Shown piece by piece: positions 32,671 through 46,000 of a DNA stretch of 64,000 nt. The notes under the pieces were generated by a model, which was given only the letters and a program-made list of their open reading frames with translations, was not told where the DNA came from and ran no database searches. The stretch is from Macrostomum lignano (taxonomy: Eukaryota): NCBI GenBank assembly GCA_002269645.1, contig NIVC01000916.1:62001-126000 (forward strand), read 5' to 3'. The translations under genes were made by a program, and so were the position numbers. How positions within the stretch are numbered: the first letter of the stretch is position 1; the number at the start of each line of letters is the position of its first letter.

Positions 32671-35015
32671 TGTTGTGTGCGTATGCGAATATTAATCTAT
32701 GTGCGAAACCATATGCCCCCGTTTATATGTCGACCCTGACGATTTATTTATAGCTGACGATTTATTACGGGACAAAATCGTCCTGGGAATCAGAGATCCA
32801 GATACGGTAAAACGCCTGCTGGCCCAGCCGAAACTCAGTCTCTCCGAGGCAATTACAATTTGCCAATCTGAAGAAGCATGCGTGAAACAGCGGGCCGAAA
32901 TTTGCAAGTCAGCGAGCCTGAATGCGCTAAAAATATCTGCGTACAGGACGACTAAGCACCCAGGATTCCTAAAAGGACAACCCCAGACGAGCAAAAGTCA
33001 ATCGTGTGGCTACTGCGGTAAGCAAAAGTACTCGGGTGAGACATGTCCGGCCAGAGACAAAACGTGTCGTCGCTGTGGAAAAAAAGGGCACTTCGATAGA
33101 GTGTGCCGCTCGAAAAATACACTAAGCAAAAAACCCAGTGAATCGTCGCGAAAAGGAAACATTCAATCTCTAATAGCCATGCTGCAACCTGATTGTCCCG
33201 TAGTGAATGTACAAATCGGAGGTGTCACACTAACAATGATGCTCGACACTGGCTCAAATATAACCGCTATCAGAGTAGAAGACATGCAAAAGCTGGCAAA
33301 GAGGCCACGAATTTTAGAAGCCGCTGATGGTCCAACAGCCGCGAATACACAAGGTGCGATGGGTAAAAGGCAAGGACAATGCCGACGCAGACGCTCTGTC
33401 GCGAGCACCAGTGGACAATCCGACTGCACAGGATGAACTGGGCGAGTCTGCAGATTTTCAACTTACCAATCAGCTCTTAATGCACCTCGAATCAGCAGAG
33501 CTGGATCCTATTCTGCAAAGCGTGCGACAAAGCACAGCTTCTGATCAGGAGTTGCAAGACCTGATGCAATATATTCGGGATGGCTTTCCCAATGACAAGG
33601 CAAACTTACCTCTTTGCATTCGGTCATTTTGGCATGTAAGAGACAAGCTCTCAGTCGACGATGGCATCATTCTATGCGGATGTCGTTGCGTCATACCACA
33701 TGCAATGAGGAAGCAGATTTTGACGGACTTACACGCAAGTCACCAAGGTCTGTACAAGACAAAGCAGAGAGCAAGGATGGTCGTCTACTGGCCTGGCATC
33801 GATCGGGACATTGAAAATACAGTCAAGCAGTGTCAGTCCTGTCGGGAACATCTACCATCGCAGATCAGGGAGCCGATGACGGCCCAGGACCAACCGGATC
33901 GATGTTTTCAACACATACATGCAGATTTCTGCGAGCATGCCGGCAAGAAGTTCCTTGTGCTCGTGGATGCATACTCAGGCTGGCCAGCGTTCTGTCATTT
34001 CGGTGATCGAGCACCCACGTACAAGCTGATAAACGCTTGCCGGGAATTCTTTTGCCAAACAGCTGTACCGGAGAAATTCTGTGCAGACTGTGGGCCACAA
34101 TTTAAAGCACAGCCGTTCGTTAATTTTTTACGTCGCTGGGGTGTGAACATCAAAAACTCATCTCCGTATTACCATCAAAGCAATAGAAGAGCAGAAGCTG
34201 CCGTGAAAAGTATAAAGAAGATCGTTCGAGGAGCATGGGACAGTCGCTTGAGTGACTTGGACAAAGACAAGATGGCTCAGGGTTTGCTGCAGCTGCGAAA
34301 CACCCCCATGTACGATGGCAGAATTCCATCTGTAACGGTCTATGGACACACAGTCAGAGACACGCTGCCCGCGCATAGGAAAAGTTTTGCAAAGGAATGA
34401 AAGGACAAGGTCTGGAAAATGGAGGAAAAAGCTGCAGAAATTCACGCTAAAGTTCATCAACACTACAATGCCTCGAAGCGACAACTGGAACCTCTCCGAG
34501 TCGGCAGTCACGTTGTTCTTCAAAACCCTGTCACAAATCTTTGGGACAAGAAGGGCGTCGTAGTAGAAGTTGGTCGGCACCAGGACTACATGGTCAAGTT
34601 AGGAAGCGGCCGAATTTTCCGTCGCAATCGTGTGTACATCCGCCGAAGTCTACCACAGGAACAGCTCTCTACTACTGGTGCATCTCAGAAGGAAGGTGAA
34701 GCACAAGACGCCCCGGACAAGCCAAAGACCGCACAGCCAAGGCGAAGTCAACGGTCGAACAAGGGAGTCCCGGCACCCAAGTTGCATTACAGGAAGTTGG
34801 GTGAACCAGTTAACGCTTAAAAGGGGAGATGAGGAAGAAAGAACTGTAAAACTGTTTTGCTTAAAAGGGGAGATGTTGTGTGGGTATGCGAATATTCGTC
34901 TATGTGCGAAACCATCTGCCCCCGTTTATATGTCGACCCCAAACAAGCGACCAAATATATTAACTCATTCTCGGCCTAGCACCGATTACTGTGGCTTAAG
35001 GCCAAGAACATAACA
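32671..35015 (+). mobile_element. Internally deleted Mag-like Gypsy element
   Basis: TGTTGTGTG...TAACA ends, TSD GGTGT (32666-32670, 35016-35020), 3' LTR 34874-35015 with PPT AAAAGGGGAGA, and a 5' LTR truncated at ~32737. It carries a double CCHC gag, LDTGS protease, an RNase H tail and integrase. RT is missing. Confidence 0.9.
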
Positions 35016-35366
35016 GGTGTTAGATAAAACATGCTTATGGCATTGAAATTTGCCAATTAAAAAGGTATTTGGTGTTTGGGTGTGTATTCCAGATGTTAAG
35101 CTATAGGGTCTGGTTGACACAGAGAGACGGACCAAAGTCAAACAGCTTCCTTACAGGATATAAAGGCAGTTTGCGTTGGCATTCCACTTAGGATAGCAAG
35201 AGAGGTTGGTTGATTTGATCACAAACACAAAACATGCAACAGTTGGGCTGCGTTGGTTGACTCTAAATTTTGTTCACTTATAGAGAATGTCAAGGTAGCT
35301 CGTATCTTCAAATTTTCATTGGTCCCATGCGACAGCATTCAAGCTTCTGCGCTACGAACATGTAAG

Positions 35367-35727
35367 TTTTTTTTTTTAGAGGCAGGGGGGTTGTGTGCAC
35401 CCTGGCGCACTTTAAGCGACATAGGCACACAACCGGCGAGAGGCATTACTGCCCATTCCGCCGACTCCCCTGAGCAGGCATACAAGCGCGCGGATACGTA
35501 CGCAGTCACACACTCACACAGGAGTGTACAGCGGCCCTAACTTTATATTATCGTTAGGCATGTACACTTCACTGTGCCTTGGGGGTTGGCTCTCAAGGCC
35601 GTTAATTGCACGAGCAGAGCCAAGCCGAGATTCCAATTCAGCCCCAAATTAATGTGACTGCACTTGGAATCGAGCCTGGGTCGCTGGCACACCAGAGCAG
35701 CTGCGCTACCGCTGGGCTACGGCCCCC
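35367..35727 (-). mobile_element. tRNA-derived SINE (same family as 2914-3281)
   Basis: Near-identical body and poly(A) tail, with its own TSD AACATGTAAG at 35357-35366 and 35728-35737. Confidence 0.85.
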
Positions 35728-35737
35728 AACATGTAAG

Positions 35738-36496
35738 TTAGAACACGGACAGGCACTCGCAGATGTACTTCCAGCTTTTAGAGCATCTGGCATCATCAAC
35801 GCCGAGCTTGTGACCAGTGTAGACACCCGCGCAGCCCTCACTGGGCAATCCGTTGTTCGGCCTCCCCGGCTCCCAGACATCGGCCCGGATGCTCTCGTTG
35901 CAGGCGTCCCAGATCCAGCCTTCCGTCTTGCCCGCAGAGCCCAGAATCTGGTGGCCACCCAGGTACAAACTCTCCACAGGAATGTTCGACACGTTCTTGA
36001 TCCACATCAGGTGACGTGACTCGTCCGAGTCCAGAGCGTCCGCGAACTTCGACAGTCCGGCCTCCTGTCCGCACCGGGAGAGAGCGTCAGCCCAATTAGT
36101 CACCAGTGAGGCCGACACCTTGTATGAGGATCCGAACTGAGAGTACTCGTATCCGGGTGGGCACAAACGACCCGGAGCTACTCCAGGTAGCGATCTCACG
36201 TACACGGTTACTCGGTGAGTGCAGTTTGCCACTGACTGCACTCGGTGGCTGCACTTGTCGAACAGGAACAGCTTGCAGAGGCAGTCGCCATCCGGCAGCG
36301 AGAAGGCCCGGCAGTTCGGCATCTTGGCGCAGTGCAGGCTGCAGGACTGCAGATCGCACGAGCCCCACACGGTGTGGGTGAAGCTGGACGTCACGCAGTC
36401 AGCGCCAGAGATCGGGTGGAAAGTCGCTTTCAGAGAGCCGCAAGTTGGTTCACTTTTTACGACACTCAGCGTCAGCAGTAGCAGCAATAGCAGCAT
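35738..36496 (-). CDS. PAN/Apple + C-type lectin protein, copy 3 (252 aa)
   Basis: Intact ORF, highly similar to copy 2. Confidence 0.85.
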   Translation of the reverse strand: MLLLLLLLTLSVVKSEPTCGSLKATFHPISGADCVTSSFTHTVWGSCDLQSCSLHCAKMPNCRAFSLPDGDCLCKLFLFDKCSHRVQSVANCTHRVTVYVRSLPGVAPGRLCPPGYEYSQFGSSYKVSASLVTNWADALSRCGQEAGLSKFADALDSDESRHLMWIKNVSNIPVESLYLGGHQILGSAGKTEGWIWDACNESIRADVWEPGRPNNGLPSEGCAGVYTGHKLGVDDARCSKSWKYICECLSVF

Positions 36497-37857
36497 TTCA
36501 ACTGGCCGTCTGGTGACAGGAAATCAGTTTCCTGTCGTATTACTGAGTATGTACTTGCTGTAAGTCTAATGAAATATGGAAAATGTCAGGTTTGAGTCCG
36601 ATCAGCAACTTACAATTGAGAGCAAATGATCCAATTAGTGAAACCAGAGCCAGCAGATTAAGACACTATCCAGTGGAAAAGTATTTGTGCTTTTGTCTTC
36701 TGTCGAAAAGTGGTAGAGGAATCGTAAAAAATTTTGCTTCTAGAGCAAGAGCTAGTAGATTTGGCATTTATGGAGTTCTGAGATGCGTCCTCTCTGCGCC
36801 AGGGGCAGAAGAGGCTTCTGCGTTGCGTTTCCCTCAGCATTGGCAGCGTGAAACAGGATGGGAAGAGAAAAAACCAATTGATTTTTTGTGCCGTTGCAAG
36901 CTGATTCGCGGCAACTTGTGTTACCCGCTCGCATCACATGGGTTTAGGGAGATGCTTTCGGTCCCTTTGTTACTATGGCAAAGGCGGACCGGAAGGCGAT
37001 TGGATAAAAACAGAGCTTGCTCTTATTGTTCACGCAAGCACCGGTGGCGGAAATTTTTTTCTAATCTCTCGCCGCTTTTCAGGAGCTTGTAGAATGGAGG
37101 AATCTAGCACGCTGACGTCAAAGTGCTTGATTCCCATTCTTATTTGATCCAACATGTGTGGCTAAAGTAGACAAGGGTGGAGCTGGGGTGTGGAGTTAGA
37201 CTTGAACCATAGAGAAAATATGCGTGAGCTAGTCTGAACATTCTTGCACTATGGAAAGAAGATTATGCTTGTAGTCTATGGCTTTTATGCTAAATATAGA
37301 AACATTGCGCATTACATTCTTGCACGATTGACATTCCTGCACGGAGTGCACACGTAAATTCAAAGTGCTTTTACCATAGACACTTGCATTTCTGCACGCA
37401 TATGGCGACTTCCAAAGCATTCTTGCACGCTGGATCAAATAAGAATGATATATTCCTGCACGGTCACGAGTGCGGGAATGACATCTGCACGAGTGCGCGC
37501 TAGCGCACGAGTGCACGATGTCCTTCACGCACGAGTGAACGTGAAGGAATTCCATTGTCGGATGATTCATCGTGCAGGAATGCACAAAACCGTGCAGGAA
37601 TGCATTTCTGCGCCTAATGCTTTTTCAGTGAGATTTTACCATAGACATCCATTCCTGCACGCAAAAGAGTGCAAGAATGCCATTCTTGCATGGAAAATCA
37701 GCCGACAATGTACACAGAGAGTGTGGAGGGAGGAAAGAGAGAGGGGGTTAAAAATAAATCGATCTTTGTGCTTTTTTATTTCACACCGACATATAAAATT
37801 AATTCAGTGAAGGGGGAGAATGGCTCTAATAAGAATGAAATTCATGAACGCTTACGA

Positions 37858-38109
37858 GTCTTATCGATTGACAGGTCCTTTATGATTTTCGCGATTTCTC
37901 TGCAAGACCGTGTAGGCCAGAAGCTTGCGATGCCTGACGCTTAGACGGAGTCACAAAAATGACCATTTGTTCCAGCGTTTACTGGCATTCCGTTGATTCG
38001 CACTAGTGCTGATGCTCAGGGGTGGCAGTGAGATGTGTTGAACAATAAGTGGCTAGCCAAAGTGGGCTTGGCTTGCAACGCCACTTTAAAGTCTGAAGAC
38101 GGCGGTTTA
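37858..38109 (-). mobile_element. Duplicate of the Gypsy leader/5' gag fragment at ~30065-30320
   Basis: About 250 bp, nearly identical to 30070-30320. Confidence 0.75.
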
Positions 38110-38755
38110 AGCTGAGGAACTGACTGGCCAAGTTCGCCATTTATATATTTGAGGCTCCAAATGAGAATGCAACGACGTACACGAATCATTGACCAGGTGC
38201 CACCCAAGATGTGCATTTATATTAGAATCTAACTCGCTCCTCAGCTTGTTGTTGCAAGGCAGTGACAGTATCATTCACAGGTCTTATGATCCTAATATAA
38301 ATGTTTATTAATTTTGTGTTATTAAATATACGAGCGATTCTACCAGTCGTCCATTGATGCTTTCCCAGGAGATCTAAGGGCTGAATTTCAAGGCAATGAA
38401 GGATAGGCCGGCCCAGATCACTACAAAACCGCAAGTGGCCTCATTATAAGGATAAACATAAGTACAAGCATTGTTTCCCGCCTTTTTCTACAGGGACTAT
38501 TGTCCCAAACAATAGAAGGGAAGCACGGCTACAATAGCCACAGCACCACAATAGAAATTTTCTTAGTTTGTAATCTAAATTCTATTCTTAACCCGTCGTA
38601 AATTTTTCCTGGAGTGGAAAACATGGAAAACATATGCTTATGATAAGAGCTGATATAAAAGCTGGGGATAAAGTTGGCAGAGAATTCAATTTTCAAATTT
38701 CTTTGGTGCCATGCGACAAGCATTGAAACTACTGAGCCACAAAAAATATCGTAAG

Positions 38756-39201
38756 TTAGAACACGGACTGGCACTCGCAAAGGTACTTCAGGTTGCTAGA
38801 GCATCTGATATCATTGATGCCGATCTTGTGATTAGCGTAAACAGCCGCGCAGCCTTACTTCGGCCACCCACCCTTCGGCCTCCCGGGCTCCTGGACGTCG
38901 GCCTGGATGCTCTCGTTGCAGGCGTCCCAGATCCAGCCTTCAGTCTTGTTCGCAGAGCCCAAAATCTGATGGCCACCCAGGTACAAACTCTCTACAGGGC
39001 TGTTCGACACGCCCTTGATCCACATCAGGTGACGGGACTCGTCGGAGTCCAGAGTGTCCGCGAACTTCGACAGTCCGGCCTCCTGGCCGCACCGGGAGAG
39101 AGCGTCAGCCCAATTGATCACAGGTGAGGCCGACACCTTGTATGAGGATCCGAACTGAGAGTGCTTGTATCCAGGTGGGCACAGGCGACTCGGAGCTACT
39201 C
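38756..39201 (-). pseudogene. C-type lectin copy 4 (5'-truncated, in-frame stop)
   Basis: CTLD only: ...EPGRPKGGWPK*GCAAVYANHKIGINDIRC...LCECQSVF. Confidence 0.8.
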
Positions 39202-39977
39202 AAATATAAGCGAAAATCCGAGTCAAAAATTCAGGCTCGGAGCGGTATTAAAGAAGACTTTGGAATACGTTAACAAAGAAGGCCCATCTCTGAGAGAAGA
39301 AAATAGTTTTAAAATCTCCGAACGCTCCAAGTAGGTTTGTCTAGGGCCTAAAAAATTGCTTATCGTGCATGCTATATACATTTATTGTATCTATCACACA
39401 AGACTCCTACGACCACCGACCGCAAGAGGATCCGCTGCAGTAAGAGTATTTGATTTTGCATATACCTAGGCACTTGTTCCCCAGGGCCTTAGAAGTGGGA
39501 GTTTTCGAGTGACTGATCACCACTCTTAAACTCTTCAGCGCAGTGGGTTGCATAACATACCTACGAGCTCGTAAATTAGAAGTTTTGCATGTTTACTGTA
39601 AGTAGCCAGACATTAGCAAACAAGCTGAAATCTTGAAAATGCCAAGCTGCAGGTACTGTAAAGTTTGCTATACCTGCAGCTTACCTGCAGCTAAAAAGAC
39701 CATATTCTGAGATCGTAGGTAAACGTTCCCCAGCGCATCGAATAATCGAGCCACTTTTCATTTGTCTAGCTCGTAGGCTGGGCAATCTGAACGTTAGTGA
39801 GAAAGTACAGCGTGCAGTGTATTCATTTTTTTATGTTCTAACTACGAGTAGTGTGAATTTCGCAATGCAAATCTATAAATGAAAAGTAAATTTTAATACG
39901 GATACTAAATAGATTATTCAACTACGAGTAGTTTGAAGAACTTTACGCTTTGGCACCAGCATACAGTCAGCCATTGT

Positions 39978-40080
39978 CTCGGTCGTCGGCTCAGTCATCG
40001 GCTCGGTCATCAACTCGGTCATCAGCTCGGTCATCGGCTCGGTCATCGACTCGGTCATCAGCTCAGTTATCAGTTCGGTC
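39978..40080. repeat. 12-bp tandem repeat (CTCGGTCATCAG) just after the disp stop codon
   Basis: About 8 degenerate copies. Confidence 0.8.
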
Positions 40081-40086
40081 TCTACT

Positions 40087-43000
40087 CTACACTTCAGTTC
40101 GCCTTTTCCACACTGGGGAGTCTAGAATGTCTCCGTCGTGGCTGCTGCCGCCGTTGTTTGCTGGAGGGGAATTCGCTGCTCGCGCGCTTCCTCTGCCAGT
40201 GCGGCAGTTGTTCGCTGCGTGGCCGGCGCCAGCGCTGCTGTGACAGTTGCTGTTCAAGAGTCGATCGCTGCTCGACTCGGTGCCAGACAGTTCGGCCATA
40301 TCCGTGGCCTCGCGAACCACCTCCGAGGCGTAGGGCGTCAGATCGCGTCGCTGCCGCACCTCGGAGGCGGTGCAGAGGCACTGGCAGGGACTGGCCAGCG
40401 GGCCGAATCCGGGACAGCCCGCTTGGCACAAGTCAGCCCGATCGTTGCCAAGAGTAACGATGACGCTGGGGAATACTAGACATGCGCCAAGCCAGGCCAT
40501 TCCTGAGACTGTGATGAGAAATACGCCAGTCATGCGAGCCACGTACACGCTGGAGGTGACGACCACGACGCCAGCCAAGCAGGTGGTTGCAGCGGCGAAG
40601 GTGATTGGCGGCGTAGTTTTACGCAGCACCAGAGCGGCTCGGACCTCCCGGAGCGGCTCCCGATGGGTGCGAAATGCAACGCCGTAGTGCAGGGTAAAAT
40701 CAACTGCCAGGCCAAATGATGAGGTGAGGATGACGCACTCCACAAGGTCTACGCACCAGCCGAGCCATAATAGGACGCAGGCTGTGCCGCACAGGGTGGC
40801 AGTGAGCACCAGAAGCGACTGAAGAGCGAGCAGGGGATTGAGCATAGTCAGCAGAAAGGTGACAGCCGCGGCAGCCAGGGCAGCTCCGGCCGAGAGCAGC
40901 ACGGCAGATTTGAGCGCCCGTCGAAGCTCCCACTCGAGCAGGCCCTCAGCGTAGACGAATCCGGGCAGGCCAGTTTCGGCTGAGAGGCCGGCAAACCAGG
41001 CCTCCAATTCGGCCACCATGCGCGAGAGGTCCGTGAAGTTGGCCCCTCCCGCGGGTACGTCGGTGGCGTACGACGCGCGGAAGGCAATCGGCCGGTCGGA
41101 GTCGTCGAAGTAGAACGTCAACAGGTCTTCTGCAAAACCCTGCGGTCGGTGCCTGCAGAATGCGGGATAAACTCGTGAATATTGCTTTAAAGTATCTTGC
41201 TTACGCCAAAACCTGGGTCCTGTGATAGGTGCATGCGTCTAGTCAGAATAATAGGGGCAGAGCATCTCAGCACTAAACGCCTCTGACTTTCGTTCCACAC
41301 GACCCCTGGTTCGATTCCGTGCGCAACCACTAGCAATTTTGGGTCTTTTGCACGAAAATTGGTCGGTTTTGTTGTGCGATTCCAACAACCAAGGTTCAGA
41401 AAGTGTACAGGCCTGACGATAAGAAAGTCAGGGCCGCTTTACACCCTGTGTGAACGTGTGTATGAGTGCGTGTCTGCGTACAGTATTAGCGCGCTTGCAA
41501 GTACTCAGAAGTCAGCGGAACGCTCAGAATCGCTTCAGCGCTGGTGTGGGATGGTGTCGCCGGTGTTGCGCCCACAATAGCCATTCACATTGAAGCTCAT
41601 ATGTATATCTAGTGGTTAACCGACTGTCACCTACCTGATCTTTCTGAGGTAGTCATCCAAGCAGGCCCTGAAGTGGCCATAGCTGGACCCCATGACATCG
41701 CCGGGGCCCTCCCGACAGCAGGCGTCTTCCTTGTTGCAGAACGGCCTCCGGCCAATTAACTGAAAGCCGTGCAGGAGGCTAAATGTCTCGTGGCCATTGA
41801 AAGCGCACATTAAGTTCTCGTGGCTGATGAATGACGCAATGTAGGGCGCTCGCTTCACCGTGGTCGTGCAAAACCGCTCAAACCACATCCGAGTCGCGTT
41901 GGAAGAGAACAGCTCGCCTGTCGTGCCGCCTACCCGCTGGTAGTTGATCGGCACCTCAGATGCGGGAGACAGAAAGTGCCGGCCGTCCTTGGGCAGGACG
42001 CCCCACACCAAGTGGACTCGAACCTTCGGCTGAGGCTTCAGGAGTTGCAGTCGGAAAGCCTAGAAGTTTTAGGAATTCAAGTCGCACGAGAAGATGATTC
42101 AAACTCCCACTGCTTCACCATCGGTTTGGACTAATTAGTCCAAGGGCCAGCTTACCTTTGCGTATCTGGCGTGATAGCCTTCAACCGGATTGTCCGGCGT
42201 GAATAATGATCTCCGATTGGAACGAGGAAACCGGAGGCCGGGGTAGTAGGCGACCGAAAGGAAGCAGAATATGATGACGCCTACGACGCCTAGATGCACC
42301 AGGTAACGCAACCGGATGGCCACCTGTTGCCGCGTTAAAGTTGTTGCACGTACATCTTGACTTTCGAATAAGCGATTATCTAATTTCTAAATTTCTAATG
42401 CCTCAAATGATCGTCAGGTAAACAGGGATTCCCTACGGACAAAAACTCCACTCTACTTTGACTTTCTCTGCAGACCAGCAGATTCAACTTTTTCAAACGC
42501 TCACCAGGGACAGAAGCCGGACGCAGCCAGCGGTGATCGCAGCTAGAAAGCCGCCGCCTGCCAGTGGACGTCGCAGTCGATCGCACACTGCCGCCGGGGC
42601 TCGGCAGGTCTGCTCGGCGACAACGATGACTGCTGGCACCACGGTCAGCATGAAGAACAGGTTGAAGCCAACAGTTAGAGAGGCGTAGATTGCGAATGAG
42701 TTGATAGCTACTATGGGCGAGATTATGTTGGTGGCGAATGCGGCTATCGTGGTGAGGCTCGTCACGGTGACGGAGAGTCCGGCATGCTGCAGCGTGTCGG
42801 ACAGCAGTTTCTCTAGGCGGCAGTCGCGGTGGTCCTTAAGGAATTTGTACATGGTCCTGCTAAGCTCTGTGCAGTTATTGATATTCGCGTCGATATGGAT
42901 GCAGATGCGGACGCGGACGCGAATGCGGATGCGGATGTGGATGATGCGAATGTGGATGATGCGAATGTGGATGATGCGGATGTGGATGATGCGAATGTGG

Positions 43001-46000
43001 ATGATGCGGATGTGGATGATGCGGGTGTGGATGATGCGGATGTGGATGATGCGGATGTGGATGATGCGGATGTGGATGATGCGGATGTGGATGCGGATGT
43101 GGATACAGATGCGGATGCGGATGCGGATATGGATGTGGATGTGGATGTGGATGCGGATGTGGTGCGGATGTGGTGCAGATGCGGATTCTTATATGGATGT
43201 TGATTTGGATGCAGGACTTTGTTCAGTCTAACTAAGCCTCGAACAGTTACGAGTAAAAGTCTACCTTTTCTGTCCCAAACTAGGCGGCATAACTAAATTT
43301 GCAAGCCTTAGCTTGGTCATGTACCTTCTTGGCGTGCCTCCAAGCGGACGCGATGACAAACACATCGTCAGATCCAATACCAACGGCCAGCACTACGGCC
43401 ATTGAGTTCAGCATGCTGAAGCTGTTCGAGCCGCTCACCACTGTGCACACAGCGTAAGCCAGTGCCAGACTGCAGAGGATCACGGAGAGAGTGGCTGCCA
43501 CCAGCAGCGCCGACTCGGTGTACACCCAGGTAATCAGAGCGATGCCCAGGATTGCCAAGGACAGCCAGGACAGACTGCTCAATACGATCTCACCGTAAAG
43601 CTGAAGCTCTGCCGTGGGGCTGATGTAGATGCCAGCCACCCGAATCGAATGATGCTGCGGCTGTTTCTGCAGGCGCTCGAGCTCGGCAAACACTTCGTAG
43701 CGGTTGTTAGGAAACTGGAACACCGACTGGACAATTTTATGCGATGAAGCGGCGTTGATGGGCAGGTTTAAGCGATAGGCGGCCTCCAGCTGCCACGGCT
43801 GACAGCGGGCGGGTGTTGGCTGCCAGCGGCCGGTGGAGTTGCCGTCCAGGTAGGACGCGCAGTCAGTCAGCAGCTCCACGAACTTCGCCACCTGATGTGC
43901 AGCAGACATCTCTTTTTTAAATCTATTGTTGAGCTTGAGCATTTGTTCTGTGTTTTGTGTTGCATGTGTTGTAGCAAGCAGTGTGCTTCGTGTTGCATGT
44001 GTTGTAGCAAACAGTGTGCTTCGTGTTGCATGTGTTGTAGCAAACAGTGTGCTTCGTGTTGCATGTGTTGTAGCAAGCAGTGTGCTTCGTGTTGCATGAG
44101 CTGCAGCAAACAGTGTGCTTCGTGTTGCATGTGTTGTAGCAAGCAGTGTGCTTCGTGTTGCATGAGCTGCAGCAAACAGTGTGCTTCGTGTTGCATGTGT
44201 TGTAGCAAACAGTGTGCTTCGTGTTGCATGTGTTGTAGCAAGCAGTGTGCTTCGTGTTGCATGAGCTGCAGCAAGCAGTGTGCTTCGTGTTGCATGTGTT
44301 GTAGCAAACAGTGTGCTTCGTGTTGCATGAGCTGCAGCAAGCAGTGTGCTTCGTGTTGCATGTGTTGTAGCAAGCAGTGTGCTTCGTGTTGCATGAGCTG
44401 CAGCAAACAGTGTGCTTCGTGTTGCATGTGTTGTAGCAAGCAGTGTGCTTCGTGTTGCATGTGTTGTAGCAAACAGTGTGCTTCGTGTTGCATGAGCTGC
44501 AGCAAGCAGTGTGCTTCGTGTTGCATGTGTTGTAGCAAACAGTGTGCTTCGTGTTGCATGAGCTGCAGCAAACAGTGTGCTTCGTGTTGCATGAGCTGCA
44601 GCAAGCAGTGTGCTTCGTGTTGCATGTGTTGTAGCAAGCAGTGTGCTTCGTGTTGCATGTGTTGTAGCAAACAGTGTGCTTCGTGTTGCATGAGCTGCAG
44701 CAAGCAGTGTGCTTCGTGTTGCATGTGTTGTAGCAAGCAGTGTGCTTCTTGTTGCATGTGTTGTAGCAAACAGTGTGCTTCGTGTTGCATGAGCTGCAGC
44801 AAGCAGTGTGCTTTGTGTTGCATGAGCTGCAGCACTGCTGTACCTGGCGGGGCCGCAGCTGCCTGCAGCTGGTGAGGTTGGCTAGATTTGCGGCCAAGTT
44901 GGGCAGCGACAGCGCCGGCTTGCACCTGGTGTAGGAAGCGAACATGAAGCATTTGTCCTTGTAAGCTGGCGACTCCGCCAGGCGCTCCTCCAGCTCGCAG
45001 ATGCTGCGCATCGGTACGAAATCCATCACGGATGGGGCGGGCCCGCTGCCGCCGGTGCCGCTGCTGGAGTTTCCTGCTCTGGCCGCCGCCTGCTGATCAG
45101 CAATGTACGCGTCGGATAGAGAGTACACCACGGCCAGGTTCTCCAGCAGGGAGCGAGGTTCAGCGTCCAGATCTGCGTTTACGAAAGTGGTGGCTTAACG
45201 GATTAAGGCTGGGTTTAAACAGCTTTCCCATCATAGCCTACTATTAGTAGGCTTCCATTTGTTGAGGGTAAAGATAGCATTAAAGCTTGTATTTTGAACA
45301 GCAACAAGACCCAGCAGGATGTCGGGGAACTGGGCCGGCCGGCTTAGTAGTCGTAAAAACACACCTTTTATGCTTGCGTGTGTGCACGGCAGAGTTTGCC
45401 AGCCAGCTTGGTCCATCAACTGGTTCGGCTTGGGGTGTTCGGGTGGGGGGGGGGACAGTCTCGGCTTTCTCCGCTCTGCCCTCTCCTCCCCGCCTTCCAG
45501 TCAATCAGTCTGAAATTGCCTGCTTGCCAGACTGTCTGCCTGGCGGCGCAATCTGGAAACTGTGCCACATCTCCCAGCTGATGAAGCACACAACCCGGAC
45601 CCTGCTGTTTCATTGGAATAAACTGTGAAAAGCTAACACGGCTGATGCATGCAGACCTTAAGTGCACGCTGTCAGAAATTTAGGGAGAGATTCAAAGTGA
45701 GATTCACAGAGAGATTCAAGATGAGATCCAGAGTGAGATCCAGAGTGAGATTCAGAGTGAGATCCAGAGTGAAATCCAGAGTGAGATCCAGAGTGAGATC
45801 CAGTGTGAGATCCAGAGTGAGATCCAGAGTGAGATCCAGAGTGAGATCAGAGTGAGATCCAGACTGAGATCCAGAGTGAGATCCAGAGTGAGATCCAGAG
45901 TGAGACCCGGAGTGAGATGCTGAAAAGCCAATAGTCACTCACGCCCCAGCTGCCGCAGTCTTTCAGCGGTCTCGTCGGTCTTCCCCGCATCTTCGGTCCC

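Noticed and set aside
41308-41318. Isolated B-box GGTTCGATTCC (also GGTTCGAATCC at 57049-57059)
   Set aside because: No convincing cloverleaf, TSD or second copy could be established.
42829-43203. Poly-Asp 'acidic biomineralisation' protein
   Set aside because: It is an intronic 6/15-bp repeat on the strand opposite disp.
43867-44952. Long Cys/His/Gln-rich ORFs resembling metallothionein or keratin-associated proteins
   Set aside because: The 33-bp array lies between a valid disp donor (44843) and acceptor (43892), so it is intronic.
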